Shown: positions 1 through 9,268, numbered from the stretch's first letter. The stretch: DNA of 33,593 nt from an uncultured Anaerolineae bacterium (GCA_965370895.1 CBDUWJ010000001.1:1-33593), one strand, 5' to 3'. Notes: generated by a model from the sequence alone, not told the origin. Translations and numbers: made by a program.

Positions 1-1610
1 ACGCGGGCGATGGCCAGCCGCTGCTTCTCGCCACCGCTGAGCCGGTAGCCCCGCTCACCGACCATGGTGTTATAGCCGTCGGGCAGCTCGGCGATGAAGT
101 CGTGGATGTTTGCCGCCTGGCAGGCTGTTTCCAGTTCGTCCTGGGTGGCGTCGGGGCGGGCATATAGAAGGTTGGCCCGCACGGTATCGTGGAACAGGTA
201 GGTCTCCTGGGTGACCATGCCGATTTGGCCAGCCAGCGACTCCTGGGTCACGGCGCGAAGGTCATCGCCGTCCAGGGTGATACGGCCCTCGGTGGGATCG
301 TATAGACGGGGCAGCAGGTAGGTGATCGTCGTCTTGCCCGCGCCGCTGGGCCCCACCAGGGCCGCGAGTTGCCCTGGCTGGATGTCAAAGGCCAGATGGC
401 GCAGCGCCCATCGCCGGCAAGCGGCGGGCCCGATCACCTTTTCCAGCTCATCGCCGTCCTCGCCTGGATCGCGGCTATCTCTGTCCTGCAGCTCGTCCTC
501 GGTTAGATAGCAGAAGGAGACATCTTCAAACTGCACGTGACCCGCCACAGTGTCCAACTCGAGGGCCCCAGGCCGGTCCTGGATCTCCACAGGCAGGTCC
601 AGGTACTCAAAGACCCGCTCAAAGCTGACCATCGAAGTGGCGAACTGCACCTGGACGTTGGACAGGGCCGAGATGGGCCCGTAGAGCCGGGCCAGGTAGG
701 CGGCAAAGGCCACGATGGTGCCCACGGTGATGGAGCCTCCCAGCACCATATAGCCGCCCGCCCAGTAGATCAGGGCCGTGCCGACGGCGGTGGCAGCGCC
801 CAGGGCCATGAAGAACCAGCGGCCGACCATGGCGCTGCGCACACCAACGTCGCGCACCTGCCGGTTCGACTCGCGGAAGCGATCCACCTCCTGGCGCTGG
901 CGGCCAAAGGTCTTGACCAGCAGGGCGCCATTAATGCCCAGCGTCTCGCTGATGATGCTACTCATGTCAGCATTGTATTCCATCGAGGCGCGGCGAAGGC
1001 GGCGCAGCGTGCGGCCCACCCGGCGTGCGGGTAGCAGAAACAGGGGCAGAACCGCCACCGCCAGTAGGGTCAGCCGCCATTCGATGGAGATCATCACCGC
1101 CAGCGTCGTGGCCAAGGTGACTATGCTGGTTACGATGCTGGGCAGCATCCCGGTGACGGCATTCTGGGCACCGACGACATCGTTGCTGAAGCGCGAGATG
1201 ATCTCCCCTGACCTGGTGTGGGTGAAGAAACGCAGGGACATGCGCTGCAGGTGGGTGTACAGTTCCTGCCGCAGGTCAAAGATGATGCCCTCGCCCATCC
1301 GCGCGCTAAAGTAGCGCTGAGCCACGCTGACCAGACCGCTGACAATCGGGATGGCGATCATGGCCAGGGCCAGAAGATTCAGGCGCGCGTAATCGCCGTT
1401 GGGCAGCGCGTTGTCAATCAGATCGCGAATCAGGAGGGGCGGGATCAATCCCAAGAGGGAGATGATAACAATTGTCACCAGCACCAGGCTCATGGAGCCC
1501 CAGTAGGGTCGGGCTCGGGCCAGCACCTGGTGTAGCAACCGCCGATCGACGCGCGGCCGTCCCTGCGACTCGTCATAGCGCAAGTAGCTGCGCCACATTC
1601 CTCCATGCAT
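1..1610 (-). CDS. ABC exporter, fused transmembrane + ATP-binding protein (MsbA/ABCB-like); C-terminus runs off the left edge
   Basis: Absent from the ORF track because no stop lies in the window. Manual reverse translation from ATG at 1610 gives MHGGMWRSYLRYDE..., then a hydrophobic TMD. Walker A LVGPSGAGKTT is at about 327-359. ABC signature LSGGEKQRLAIAR is at 3-41. The frame is consistent at both ends. Confidence 0.9.
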   Translation of the reverse strand, partial: MHGGMWRSYLRYDESQGRPRVDRRLLHQVLARARPYWGSMSLVLVTIVIISLLGLIPPLLIRDLIDNALPNGDYARLNLLALAMIAIPIVSGLVSVAQRYFSARMGEGIIFDLRQELYTHLQRMSLRFFTHTRSGEIISRFSNDVVGAQNAVTGMLPSIVTSIVTLATTLAVMISIEWRLTLLAVAVLPLFLLPARRVGRTLRRLRRASMEYNADMSSIISETLGINGALLVKTFGRQRQEVDRFRESNRQVRDVGVRSAMVGRWFFMALGAATAVGTALIYWAGGYMVLGGSITVGTIVAFAAYLARLYGPISALSNVQVQFATSMVSFERVFEYLDLPVEIQDRPGALELDTVAGHVQFEDVSFCYLTEDELQDRDSRDPGEDGDELEKVIGPAACRRWALRHLAFDIQPGQLAALVGPSGAGKTTITYLLPRLYDPTEGRITLDGDDLRAVTQESLAGQIGMVTQETYLFHDTVRANLLYARPDATQDELETACQAANIHDFIAELPDGYNTMVGERGYRLSGGEKQRLAIAR

Positions 1611-1888
1611 AGTCAAGAACCCTTCGGACGCGGTCGTCCCGCTAGCACGTGGGCATTTCCCATCCGTGTCCTGGTTGTATCACCCCGGCTTCAACTGACC
1701 ATTCCCATCACTGTCAGACAGGCCATGAAGGAGATCATGTGGGATTGCCTCGGCCAACGCGGGTAGGCCAGGCCATGACCTGTCACGTGGGCTGGGAGCT
1801 ACCTACTCGAGACTGCCCACAATCTTGTCGACCTGCTTCAGTATCTCGCAGGATTCGAACAATGGTCGTTGTCCTCCCCCTCGTCGCG

Positions 1889-2392
1889 TTACTTATACTG
1901 TACCAGTTCCGAGCCTTCCTTGCGCACTTTCGGTCCAGGTTTGTCCGCCGGGTAGCCCAACGGTGTGAAGGCAATCGGTTCTACACCATCAGGCAGGCAC
2001 AGCACCTCGCGGGCAGCCGCTGGGTCAAAAGCCGCGATCCAGCAGGTACCCAGCCCCAGGTCGGTGGCGGCCAAGATCAGGTGATCCATGACGATGGCCA
2101 CGTCCACGTCGACGTAGGGCTTGCCATCCATGCGCACCCAGCCTTGTGCCGGAATCCCACAAGCGCAGATGATCAGCGGCGCTTGAACGAACCACTCCCG
2201 GTCGTAGATGCGCCGCAGATCCGCCTCCCGGCCCTCTGTGGGGATGACGAGAAGTTGAAAGGGCTGCCGGTTGGCGGCAGTGGGCGCCAGGCGCGCTGCC
2301 TCCAGAACCTTCTCTAGGTTCCCTGCCTCCACCAGGTCGGGCTCGTAGGCCCGGACGCTGTACCGCTTTCTGATCAGTTCCAAGAAGTCCAT
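1889..2392 (-). CDS. nitroreductase family protein
   Basis: 167-aa ORF. The N-terminus MDFLELIRKRYSVRAY...LEAARLAPTAANRQPF is the typical nitroreductase-fold signature. GGAGGGG SD lies upstream. Confidence 0.85.
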   Translation of the reverse strand: MDFLELIRKRYSVRAYEPDLVEAGNLEKVLEAARLAPTAANRQPFQLLVIPTEGREADLRRIYDREWFVQAPLIICACGIPAQGWVRMDGKPYVDVDVAIVMDHLILAATDLGLGTCWIAAFDPAAAREVLCLPDGVEPIAFTPLGYPADKPGPKVRKEGSELVQYK

Positions 2393-2478
2393 GATACCCC
2401 TCCATGATTTGGTTATCAGCCTTTAGCTATTGGCGTACAGGTCTGGCCTGACCGGTGTTCGCCGGCAACTGCCTGCTT

Positions 2479-3648
2479 CTACCTTCCGCTGGGTCCTCGT
2501 CGCAGAAGGCGCAACGCTGCCTCGGCCAGGATCGCCGCACCGATGGGCAGACACCGTTCGTCGACGTCAAAGCGCGGGCCGTGAGCCTTTCGCTCATCGC
2601 CGTCGATACGGCAGCCCAATCGGAACATCGCGCCCGGGGCCAGCCTGGTCAAGACCGCAAAGTCCTCCGCCCCCATCCCTTTTTCCCTGGGCTTGACCTG
2701 CTCCGGCCCCAGGAGCTCACCTGCGACCTCCCGTAGCAGATCCACGATCTTTGCGTTGTTGATCACCGGTGGGGAGCCGGTCCGGATCCTGAGTGCATAG
2801 CCCCCGCCCAATGCCCGTGCCACCGCCAGCGCCCGCTCGATCTCTGCGTGGAGCAGCGTCTGGACCTCCGGATCCTCGTAGCGGATGGTACCCGCTATCT
2901 TGACCTCCTCCGGGATCACGTTGTTTGCCCGCCCACCATGGATGGAGCCCACCGTGATCACTGCCGGGTCGAAGGGATCCAGGCGGCGGGAGACGATGCC
3001 GTGCAGGGCCAGGATCACGTGCCCGGCAATGTGGATGGGATCCACACCCTTGTGGGGATATGCCCCGTGTCCGCCCCGGCCCGTTATGGTCGCCCAGAAG
3101 CTATCCACTCCGGCGGAGGAAGGCCCGGCATCCAGCGTGATCGTTCCGACAGGGGTGCCGCCGTGCACGTGGAGAGCCAGCACCGCATCCACACCCTCCA
3201 TGGCGCCATCCTCCACCATCCGTGGCGCGCCGCTAACGCCTTCCTCGTCTGATTTCTCCTCCGATGGCTGGAAGAGAAAACGGATCGTCCCGGGGAACGT
3301 CTCCTGCGCCAGTAGCGTCGCCACGCCCAGGGCGATAGCCGTGTGGGCGTCGTGGCCGCAGGCGTGCATCACGCCGGGGACCTGTGAGGCGTAGGGTGCC
3401 TCATTGGTCTCCTGGAGGGGGAGGGCGTCCATGTCGGCGCGGATGGCGACAATGGGAGGTCCCTGTCCCCTTTCGCCCACCACTCCGGTGCGGCCCACAC
3501 CGGTCTGGACCCGATACCCGAGGGATTCCAGCACCTCCGCAACCAGGGCCGCGGTGCGGGTCTCCTCAAAGCCCAGTTCGGGATGCGTGTGAATATCCCG
3601 TCGCCAGTGGCTCAGTTGGTCCTGCAACGCATCTGCTCGTTCCAGCAT
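2479..3648 (-). CDS. M20 family amidohydrolase (N-acyl-L-amino-acid amidohydrolase / hippurate hydrolase-like)
   Basis: Motifs HTHPELGFEE, MHACGHDAHTA and EEGxxGA are present. The start is placed at internal ATG 3648 (MLERADAL...), which follows a GGGAGAG SD just after the SDR stop (TAG 3665-3667). The ORF-track start at 3687 would overlap the SDR gene. Confidence 0.85.
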   Translation of the reverse strand: MLERADALQDQLSHWRRDIHTHPELGFEETRTAALVAEVLESLGYRVQTGVGRTGVVGERGQGPPIVAIRADMDALPLQETNEAPYASQVPGVMHACGHDAHTAIALGVATLLAQETFPGTIRFLFQPSEEKSDEEGVSGAPRMVEDGAMEGVDAVLALHVHGGTPVGTITLDAGPSSAGVDSFWATITGRGGHGAYPHKGVDPIHIAGHVILALHGIVSRRLDPFDPAVITVGSIHGGRANNVIPEEVKIAGTIRYEDPEVQTLLHAEIERALAVARALGGGYALRIRTGSPPVINNAKIVDLLREVAGELLGPEQVKPREKGMGAEDFAVLTRLAPGAMFRLGCRIDGDERKAHGPRFDVDERCLPIGAAILAEAALRLLRRGPSGR

Positions 3649-3664
3649 TCTGACTCTCCCAGTT

Positions 3665-4453
3665 CTAGTTTCCGGTTGAGCAGGCATACCGTCTCACCAG
3701 GGATTGGACTTGCTCGCTGTTCCGGGCGAGAAAGGCCCCACTCCACTCATGGGGGGCGTGACAGGCCAGGACGGCCAGGGCGCAGCCGGGCACCTCGGGC
3801 GGGAGCAACTCGTGTTCCTCGTGGTAGCGCACAAAGCGTGAGTATACCTCCTCTGGCATGCCGGTGGCTCCCTCACGGCGGATGGTGGCCTGCATGGCCG
3901 TGTCCACCACCCCGGGGCGAAAGGCAATGGCCGTGATGGCTGGCTCCTCCTCGGCCAACGCCCAGGTGAACTGGTTCAGGGCGGCCTTGGCAACGCAGTA
4001 GGCGGCCCAGCCTGGCAGCACCTTGACCGCCGCCCCGCTGGAAACGTTGATCACACGCCCGCTACGCTGGCGCAGGTAGGGCAGGGCTGCCTGGGCGAGC
4101 ATGAACGGGCCGTGCACGTTGATCGCCCAGCTCACCTTCCACGCGTCTGCGTCTCCGTCGGCAATCGGCGCGATGGGGGCCAGCACGCCGGCGTTGTTCA
4201 CCAGGGCATCCACCTGGCCGAACGCCTTGACCGCCTCGGCGACCACCCGCTGGCAATCCGCCGCCTGGCTGATGTCCCCGACCACGGCCAGAGCCCGCCC
4301 GCCCGCGGCCTCGATTTCCTGTGCCACTGTCCTAAGGTCATCCTCGGTGCGTGCCGTGAGGACCACATTCGCGTCCATTTGGGCGGCGATCCGTGCCGTG
4401 GCTGCTCCCAGCCCGCGGGAGGCACCGGTGATGATTATGGTTTGGCTCGTCAT
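3665..4453 (-). CDS. short-chain dehydrogenase/reductase (SDR) family oxidoreductase
   Basis: TGASRGLG Rossmann motif, NNAG, and a YxxxK catalytic motif (YCVAK). GGAGGA SD lies upstream of ATG 4453. Confidence 0.85.
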   Translation of the reverse strand: MTSQTIIITGASRGLGAATARIAAQMDANVVLTARTEDDLRTVAQEIEAAGGRALAVVGDISQAADCQRVVAEAVKAFGQVDALVNNAGVLAPIAPIADGDADAWKVSWAINVHGPFMLAQAALPYLRQRSGRVINVSSGAAVKVLPGWAAYCVAKAALNQFTWALAEEEPAITAIAFRPGVVDTAMQATIRREGATGMPEEVYSRFVRYHEEHELLPPEVPGCALAVLACHAPHEWSGAFLARNSEQVQSLVRRYACSTGN

Positions 4454-4562
4454 GACATTCCTCCACAGTCAGTATGCGCCCAGATGAGGCGTTGTGCCAC
4501 AAGCCAGGGGTAGTCACGACAACAGATCGACGTAAAAGGTGACCAGCCTGGCTGACCTATAG

Positions 4563-6326
4563 CTATGTCGTTGGGACCTGAGCCCCGTTGGTTTCTTCCT
4601 GCGACTCGTCCTTTACCCAGGCGAATTTATGCCTGAGCGCCTTGGGATAGTAGCGCTCCAGGACGTCGTAATCGACCTCCTGCCCCCACTCATAGTAGAC
4701 CCGGGGATCGATGTACGATTTGAGGCTGGTGCCCAGGTTCCACGTGCGCTTCTTGGCAGCAATGGAGGCTTGGGCTTTAATCTTGCCCAGGGCCAGTCGG
4801 GCTTTCCCCAACTGCACTTTGGTCCTCTCCACCCGGCGCTCGGCTACCTCGATCCTTTTGCGGTACCGGGCTCTTGTTTTCCCGCGGCTTGCCGGAGAGG
4901 CAGCTTTCTTCTTCTCGCGGGCTTCCACGCGCAGTGAGCTCAGGGCATCCCGGTAGGTACTGACTCGTTCGCGATAGGTTTTCACCCGGTCTTCCGCCTT
5001 CTGTCGCCGCTCTTTGTACCGCTGGCGGCTGCGGGGCCAGCTAGCGGGGGCTTTTTTGGTGTGGTTGCAGAGTACGGCCGCCTCCAGGTTTGCCAGGTTG
5101 GCGGTCTGCCACTTTTTGTGTTCGGGATCGCTGGCCTGGATTACCGATGCCTTCAGTCTATCTCGCGCGGCGATGGTGGCGTGATGAGTGCGGAACACCT
5201 TGGCCGTCAGCCCGGGTAGGACGTCCGACAGGTAAGCGTTGACGTCGCGGCTGCTAATGTCGGGGAAGATCTGGGGCTTGTCGCGCGCGGGACGAGCCCT
5301 GCCCCCACTTCCCCGCGTGTTGGAGGAACGGGCAGAAGCGAGCAACTCCTCCAGATTTCCCTGGACGGCGTGGGGCAGGCGCAGTTTCTTGTGCCACAGC
5401 ACAGAGTCCTTGCCCAGAAACCGGAACTCGGCGATGCCATCGGGACGCAGTGTGACATGCTCCGGACGCAAGGTAGTGGCCCCCACAGTGTCAGCTTCGT
5501 CGGGGTCTTTTTCGTCGCCAACTCGCAGGCAGAGTCGATCAATCAGGTAGCAGGCTGTGGCAATCTTTTTCTGCTTGGAGTCGGGATCGCATAGATCGCG
5601 CTCGATCTGCGACCGGACCGTGCCTATCTGGGCGTGTAGTTCGTGAGCTCTATCGAACTTACGGGCCTCTCGTTTCTGCTTGATGGGCGCGGTATCGCTC
5701 AACCAGACATACTTGAGCTTGCCCGACAGCTTGTCCTTCCAACGCGCCACCCACAATGACTCGGGTTGCCAGACGATCTGACCCCATGCGCCGGGAGGTC
5801 GAGGGGCGTCGGGACTGAGGTTGAGCGTGATATCCTCCTGCCGGGCACCCTCTTTCCATCGCCCGCGGAGGGGATGCTTGCCTCGCCCCATAAAGATGCC
5901 GCTCGGCTCGACCACATAGTTGGCCACCCCGGTTGGTTGTCCGTTCACGGCGGCAGAGCCATGCTGTTCACGAAGCGCTTCGCGCTGGGCTTTGCGCTCG
6001 GCCGCCAATGCCTTGCGCTCCTCCTTGGTCATCTGCGCCTTCGTCTCCCGTTCCGCCTCGACGATCCGGATGACAGGTCGAAAGTCTACCTCATCCGCTG
6101 TCAGCCTCGAGTCAAGGTCCAGCGCCTGGCCAAAATCGGCCATAAAGTTCCTAACAAAGGTCCGGTCTTGGACATAGGGAGTGCCCTGTTTTTTGGCCCA
6201 GGCCAGGGCCATTTCCTCCTGCTTGGGCGTCAGCACCACTGCCCGCCCCTTGATCGTAATCACCAGGCTCAGGGGGGGCGGCGGATTGGGCACTACAACC
6301 CCGTTGTGGACAAGTTGTTGCAACAT
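4563..6326 (-). CDS. eukaryote-type (long) DNA topoisomerase IB with N-terminal DNA-binding core, coiled-coil linker and C-terminal Tyr domain
   Basis: 587 aa, collinear with human Topo I motifs: GIFMGRGKHPLRGRWK, ADTVGATTLRPEHV, FLGKDS, KVFRTHHAT, LCNHTKKAP, LGTSLKSYIDPRV and KFAWV. The Arg/Lys/Arg/His/Tyr pentad is present. Confidence 0.85.
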   Translation of the reverse strand: MLQQLVHNGVVVPNPPPPLSLVITIKGRAVVLTPKQEEMALAWAKKQGTPYVQDRTFVRNFMADFGQALDLDSRLTADEVDFRPVIRIVEAERETKAQMTKEERKALAAERKAQREALREQHGSAAVNGQPTGVANYVVEPSGIFMGRGKHPLRGRWKEGARQEDITLNLSPDAPRPPGAWGQIVWQPESLWVARWKDKLSGKLKYVWLSDTAPIKQKREARKFDRAHELHAQIGTVRSQIERDLCDPDSKQKKIATACYLIDRLCLRVGDEKDPDEADTVGATTLRPEHVTLRPDGIAEFRFLGKDSVLWHKKLRLPHAVQGNLEELLASARSSNTRGSGGRARPARDKPQIFPDISSRDVNAYLSDVLPGLTAKVFRTHHATIAARDRLKASVIQASDPEHKKWQTANLANLEAAVLCNHTKKAPASWPRSRQRYKERRQKAEDRVKTYRERVSTYRDALSSLRVEAREKKKAASPASRGKTRARYRKRIEVAERRVERTKVQLGKARLALGKIKAQASIAAKKRTWNLGTSLKSYIDPRVYYEWGQEVDYDVLERYYPKALRHKFAWVKDESQEETNGAQVPTT

Positions 6327-6390
6327 CTAGGTACAGGTTCCCTTTCGCGATCTTACCAGGCTGAGTGCTTGCCAGGCCAGGTGCCTGGCC

Positions 6391-7776
6391 TCACCAAGCG
6401 GAACGCTTGGCCATGTCCCGCAGGCTGTGAAAAGCGCCGCGCGGCAGCACCGGGTTGTGACCCGGATCGTGGGGATTCTCCCGGTAGGTAATGGAGTACC
6501 AGCGCACAGGGTCGCACCTGGCATACCAAAATACGGTGCCAAAGTCGAGACTAAAGAGGAACATGGGCCCCATCCACGGCCAGTGCTTGTGGGCGTAGGT
6601 GTAGGCGGCGGTCAGGTAGTCGGCCTGTTGCACCTCGCTGACCTCCATCCACTCGTGTTCGCCCAAATGACAGTTGGTCTCCAACACCCAGCCAAACTCG
6701 GTGGCCCAGATGGGCGACTCGTCGCCATGCTCAAGCATGACCTGGCGCTGTTCCTCCACGCGCCGGAAGTAGATGGGTCCGGCAGCCGCGCCAGGAGCCG
6801 TGCCCGGCGCGTCAGGTCCGCCGTAGGGATGACTACCCAGGGCGTCGAAATTACCCTTTGCACCATGGCGATACATATCGCCCAGGAAAGTCAAGTCGGG
6901 TATGACCCGGCTGGCATGGTAAAGCCGTCGGGTCAGGGCCAGGTCCGCCGCCGAGCCGCCAGTCGTGGCCAGCCCAGCGCTGACGACGATGGCCTGTGGA
7001 TCGCCGGCTTTGATACCCCTGTAGCCCGCCTGGAGAAGAGCCGTATACTGGGCCGCGCTGGGCCTCCCACCCCACTCGTAATCGAGGTTCGGCTCGTTCC
7101 AGATCTCATAGGCCGCCGTCTCGAGCCCCTGGGCGCGCCAGGTATCGGCGACGTGGCTGGCAAGAGCCTGGGAGAAGTCGTGAAAGACTGTCAGGTCGGC
7201 CGCCAACACGGGCGGGTTGCCGATACCGGTTGGGGGCGGACCGTTCAGCCGCAACAGGACGTGGCGCACCCCTGGCACCAACTCTCCGAGCTGATTGTCG
7301 ACGGCGGTCCAGTCATAGGCTGGCCCGGCGCCGGCACCTTCCCAGGTGACAAAGCCCTTGGCCCAATCAAAGCCCATCACCGTCAGGCTAAGGACATGGT
7401 TGGCCGAGGCGATGTTGGCCCCGTAGCCCAAGTGGGCAGCGGTGGGCGGCTCGAAGCCGCGCACGACCAGTGGCATAAAGGATCGCGTTGCATTGAATCT
7501 CTGCCTTGCCTCCGGCACTGGAGCCGCCACGATTCTGCTGGCGGGCGACGTCCCCTCGCCCAGGGTCCACTTGCGGGCGATGACCTCGGCCGTCGGTTGG
7601 CGGGGAATCGCCGATGTAGCTTGGACCGACGAAACGGCGGCGCCTTCGACCAGCAGAAGGCCCGCTACCAGCAGGAGAAGCAGTACCAGCCCCGACAACC
7701 CGGATGCCTTCACCCGCGAGTCTGCCGCACCCTGGGGCTGGCTAGCAACGCCTGGACTCGTCCTGCACCCCGGCAT
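6391..7776 (-). CDS. secreted clan GH-A (GH5/GH39-like TIM-barrel) glycoside hydrolase family protein
   Basis: N-terminal hydrophobic signal/anchor (LVLLLLLVAGLLLV). EIWNEPN acid/base-type motif and ATEFGW nucleophile-type motif. Clear paralog of the ORF at 17155-18612. Confidence 0.7.
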   Translation of the reverse strand: MPGCRTSPGVASQPQGAADSRVKASGLSGLVLLLLLVAGLLLVEGAAVSSVQATSAIPRQPTAEVIARKWTLGEGTSPASRIVAAPVPEARQRFNATRSFMPLVVRGFEPPTAAHLGYGANIASANHVLSLTVMGFDWAKGFVTWEGAGAGPAYDWTAVDNQLGELVPGVRHVLLRLNGPPPTGIGNPPVLAADLTVFHDFSQALASHVADTWRAQGLETAAYEIWNEPNLDYEWGGRPSAAQYTALLQAGYRGIKAGDPQAIVVSAGLATTGGSAADLALTRRLYHASRVIPDLTFLGDMYRHGAKGNFDALGSHPYGGPDAPGTAPGAAAGPIYFRRVEEQRQVMLEHGDESPIWATEFGWVLETNCHLGEHEWMEVSEVQQADYLTAAYTYAHKHWPWMGPMFLFSLDFGTVFWYARCDPVRWYSITYRENPHDPGHNPVLPRGAFHSLRDMAKRSAW

Positions 7777-7815
7777 TCTGAACAGGAATGCTGACGGCTC
7801 TGCCGGGGGCGCGGA

Positions 7816-8196
7816 TCACCTACGGCCAAAGATCGCCCTCAGCGTCATGGCGAGCTGGAGGATAAAGAATCCGCCAACCGCAAAAGCGGCCATGGCGATC
7901 TTGCCCGCGTCTACCGTCTCTTCAAAGTAGACGCACTCTGGCGTAACCACGATGGCTCCCAACGGTTTCGCCGAACTTCCACCGCCTCCGCCACCGCCTT
8001 CGCCCTCGGAAGGGGGCTGCTCTTCTTCCTCGGACGGTGCCGTGCCTCGACCGAACCCCAGGCCAAAGCCATAGCTAACCCGGGCAACAGGGATGATCGT
8101 CTTGTCTTCGACCACCTGTGGCTCGCCAAAGGCAGCCCGCCAGTTGGCCGTTGCCCTGGCCTCTTCAATGGTATCGAATAGCTTGTTCAGGGTCAT
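7816..8196 (-). CDS. GerW/YtfJ family (sporulation protein YtfJ-like) protein
   Basis: GEPQVVEDKTIIPVARVSYGFGLGFG, followed by a poly-Gly run and PLGAIVVTP, is the typical Spore_YtfJ layout. C-terminal hydrophobic helix. GAGGAG SD. Confidence 0.75.
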   Translation of the reverse strand: MTLNKLFDTIEEARATANWRAAFGEPQVVEDKTIIPVARVSYGFGLGFGRGTAPSEEEEQPPSEGEGGGGGGGSSAKPLGAIVVTPECVYFEETVDAGKIAMAAFAVGGFFILQLAMTLRAIFGRR

Positions 8197-8302
8197 GATC
8201 TACTCCTCAAATTGTCTGACATTGAAACGGCCGGTGTCGCCGCCCAGTGGAGGCCGAATGGCGGCAATAGCATGCCGGCCTGTCTTCCTGTGGATGCTGG
8301 AA

Positions 8303-8659
8303 TCAAGGGTTGACGCCCGCCCCGCGCCGGCGGCGCGCCAAACAGCGGATGGCGGTGAACAGAAGCGTGATGGCTGTGGCTGCAGCGAACAGACCCCACA
8401 GGGCCGCAGCCGTTGCATCCCGTATGGCCAAACGACGCTCACCCTCATCGGTTACTTCCACAATGGCCACGGGGATGACTTTGGTAAATCCGCCGGCCCA
8501 GCCGCCGATCCGATCAGAACCTATGGTCGCGCTGGCCTTGCCAAAGGAGACCAGCCGGGCCTCCGGAATCAGCACTCGACCGCCTACGTGGTATGGCTCT
8601 CCACGTACCTCCTGGACGCGAAGCGCTCCCTGCCCGGTGCCCTTACCATCGCATCCCAT
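8303..8659 (-). CDS. GerW/YtfJ-like domain protein with C-terminal TM anchor
   Basis: Only the C-terminal 118 aa of the 487-aa track ORF look real. They read MGCDGKG...GEPYHVGGRVLIPEARLVSFG...KVIPVAIVEV..., followed by the hydrophobic helix ALWGLFAAATAITLLFTAI. ATG 8659 is preceded by GGAGGGAGAG. Confidence 0.55.
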   Translation of the reverse strand: MGCDGKGTGQGALRVQEVRGEPYHVGGRVLIPEARLVSFGKASATIGSDRIGGWAGGFTKVIPVAIVEVTDEGERRLAIRDATAAALWGLFAAATAITLLFTAIRCLARRRRGAGVNP

Positions 8660-8691
8660 TGCTCTCCCTCCAGCCGGTCTATGATTTGCCC

Positions 8692-8720
8692 AGTATAGCA
8701 CAAAACCAGGCCGCCAACAA
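8692..8720 (-). promoter_or_regulatory. putative extended -10 promoter for the GerW-like operon
   Basis: On the minus strand: TTGTTG - 17 nt - TATACT, with TGc immediately upstream of the -10 element. Confidence 0.4.
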
Positions 8721-8744
8721 TCCCCGTGGCCGGTCGCGCTGTGA

Positions 8745-8773
8745 TTGACATAGCGGAGCTCATGGGCTACAAT
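8745..8773 (+). promoter_or_regulatory. sigma70-type promoter for the tandem 4-TM genes
   Basis: TTGACA (8745-8750) - 17 nt - TACAAT (8768-8773). It lies downstream of the track ORF start at 8726, which argues for the ATG at 8813. Confidence 0.6.
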
Positions 8774-8812
8774 AGAAGCGATGTTGCGGAGAAAGACGCA
8801 AGGGGGGGATCG

Positions 8813-9259
8813 ATGCCGCCGATAGCCCGGAGCTTTATCAAAGCCGCGTTTGTCTACTTTGTCGCCGCTTTCCTGCTGGGCGCGCTGATGATGCTCGATC
8901 GCTGGCTGAGTTTCAGCCGGTGGCTCAGGGTTATGTACCTCAGCCAGATGCATCTGTTGGTGGTGGGCTGGATCACTCAGTTGGCCATTGGCGTCGCCTA
9001 CTGGATGTTCCCCCGATTGCGCAAGGAGCAGGATTCCCAGCCCCGGGGATCCGACACCCTGGCCTGGACCACATTCATCTGCCTGAACGCCGGCCTCCTG
9101 TTGCGTTTTGTTTTTGAGCCGTTCTACCTGATGGGGGCCCAGCCCTGGCTGGCGGCGCTGATGGCCCTGTCGGGCGTCTTGCAGGCGATGGCGGCCGTTG
9201 CCTTTGGTCTGCTCATATGGGCCCGTATCCGCCCCATGGAGCTCAAGAGGGAGTCCTAG
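8813..9259 (+). CDS. 4-TM membrane protein of unknown function (paralog A)
   Basis: Start placed at ATG 8813 after an AGGGGGGG SD. MPPIARSFIKAAFVYF aligns with the start of paralog B. Four hydrophobic helices. Conserved block SQMHLLVVGWITQLAIGVAYWMFP. Confidence 0.7.
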   Translation: MPPIARSFIKAAFVYFVAAFLLGALMMLDRWLSFSRWLRVMYLSQMHLLVVGWITQLAIGVAYWMFPRLRKEQDSQPRGSDTLAWTTFICLNAGLLLRFVFEPFYLMGAQPWLAALMALSGVLQAMAAVAFGLLIWARIRPMELKRES

Positions 9260-9268
9260 AGGAATACG

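Noticed and set aside
1851-1860. GGATTCGAAC, resembling a tRNA T-arm on the minus strand
   Set aside because: The flanking bases (gcagg / caatg) cannot form a T-stem, and no acceptor or anticodon arms could be built.
6340-6390. Hairpin (GGCCAGG..CCTGGCC) after the GH-A gene as a terminator
   Set aside because: The loop is too small, the stem is short, and no U-tract follows on the minus strand. The GH-A gene may instead be co-transcribed with the TopIB gene.
6427-7794. 455-aa plus-strand ORF
   Set aside because: It is antisense to the GH-A gene, has no motifs and has the Arg/Gly/Pro-rich composition typical of shadow ORFs in GC-rich DNA.
8726-8812. Upstream GTG start for the first 4-TM gene
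   Set aside because: It lies upstream of the TTGACA-17-TACAAT promoter. The paralog alignment and the SD both support ATG 8813.
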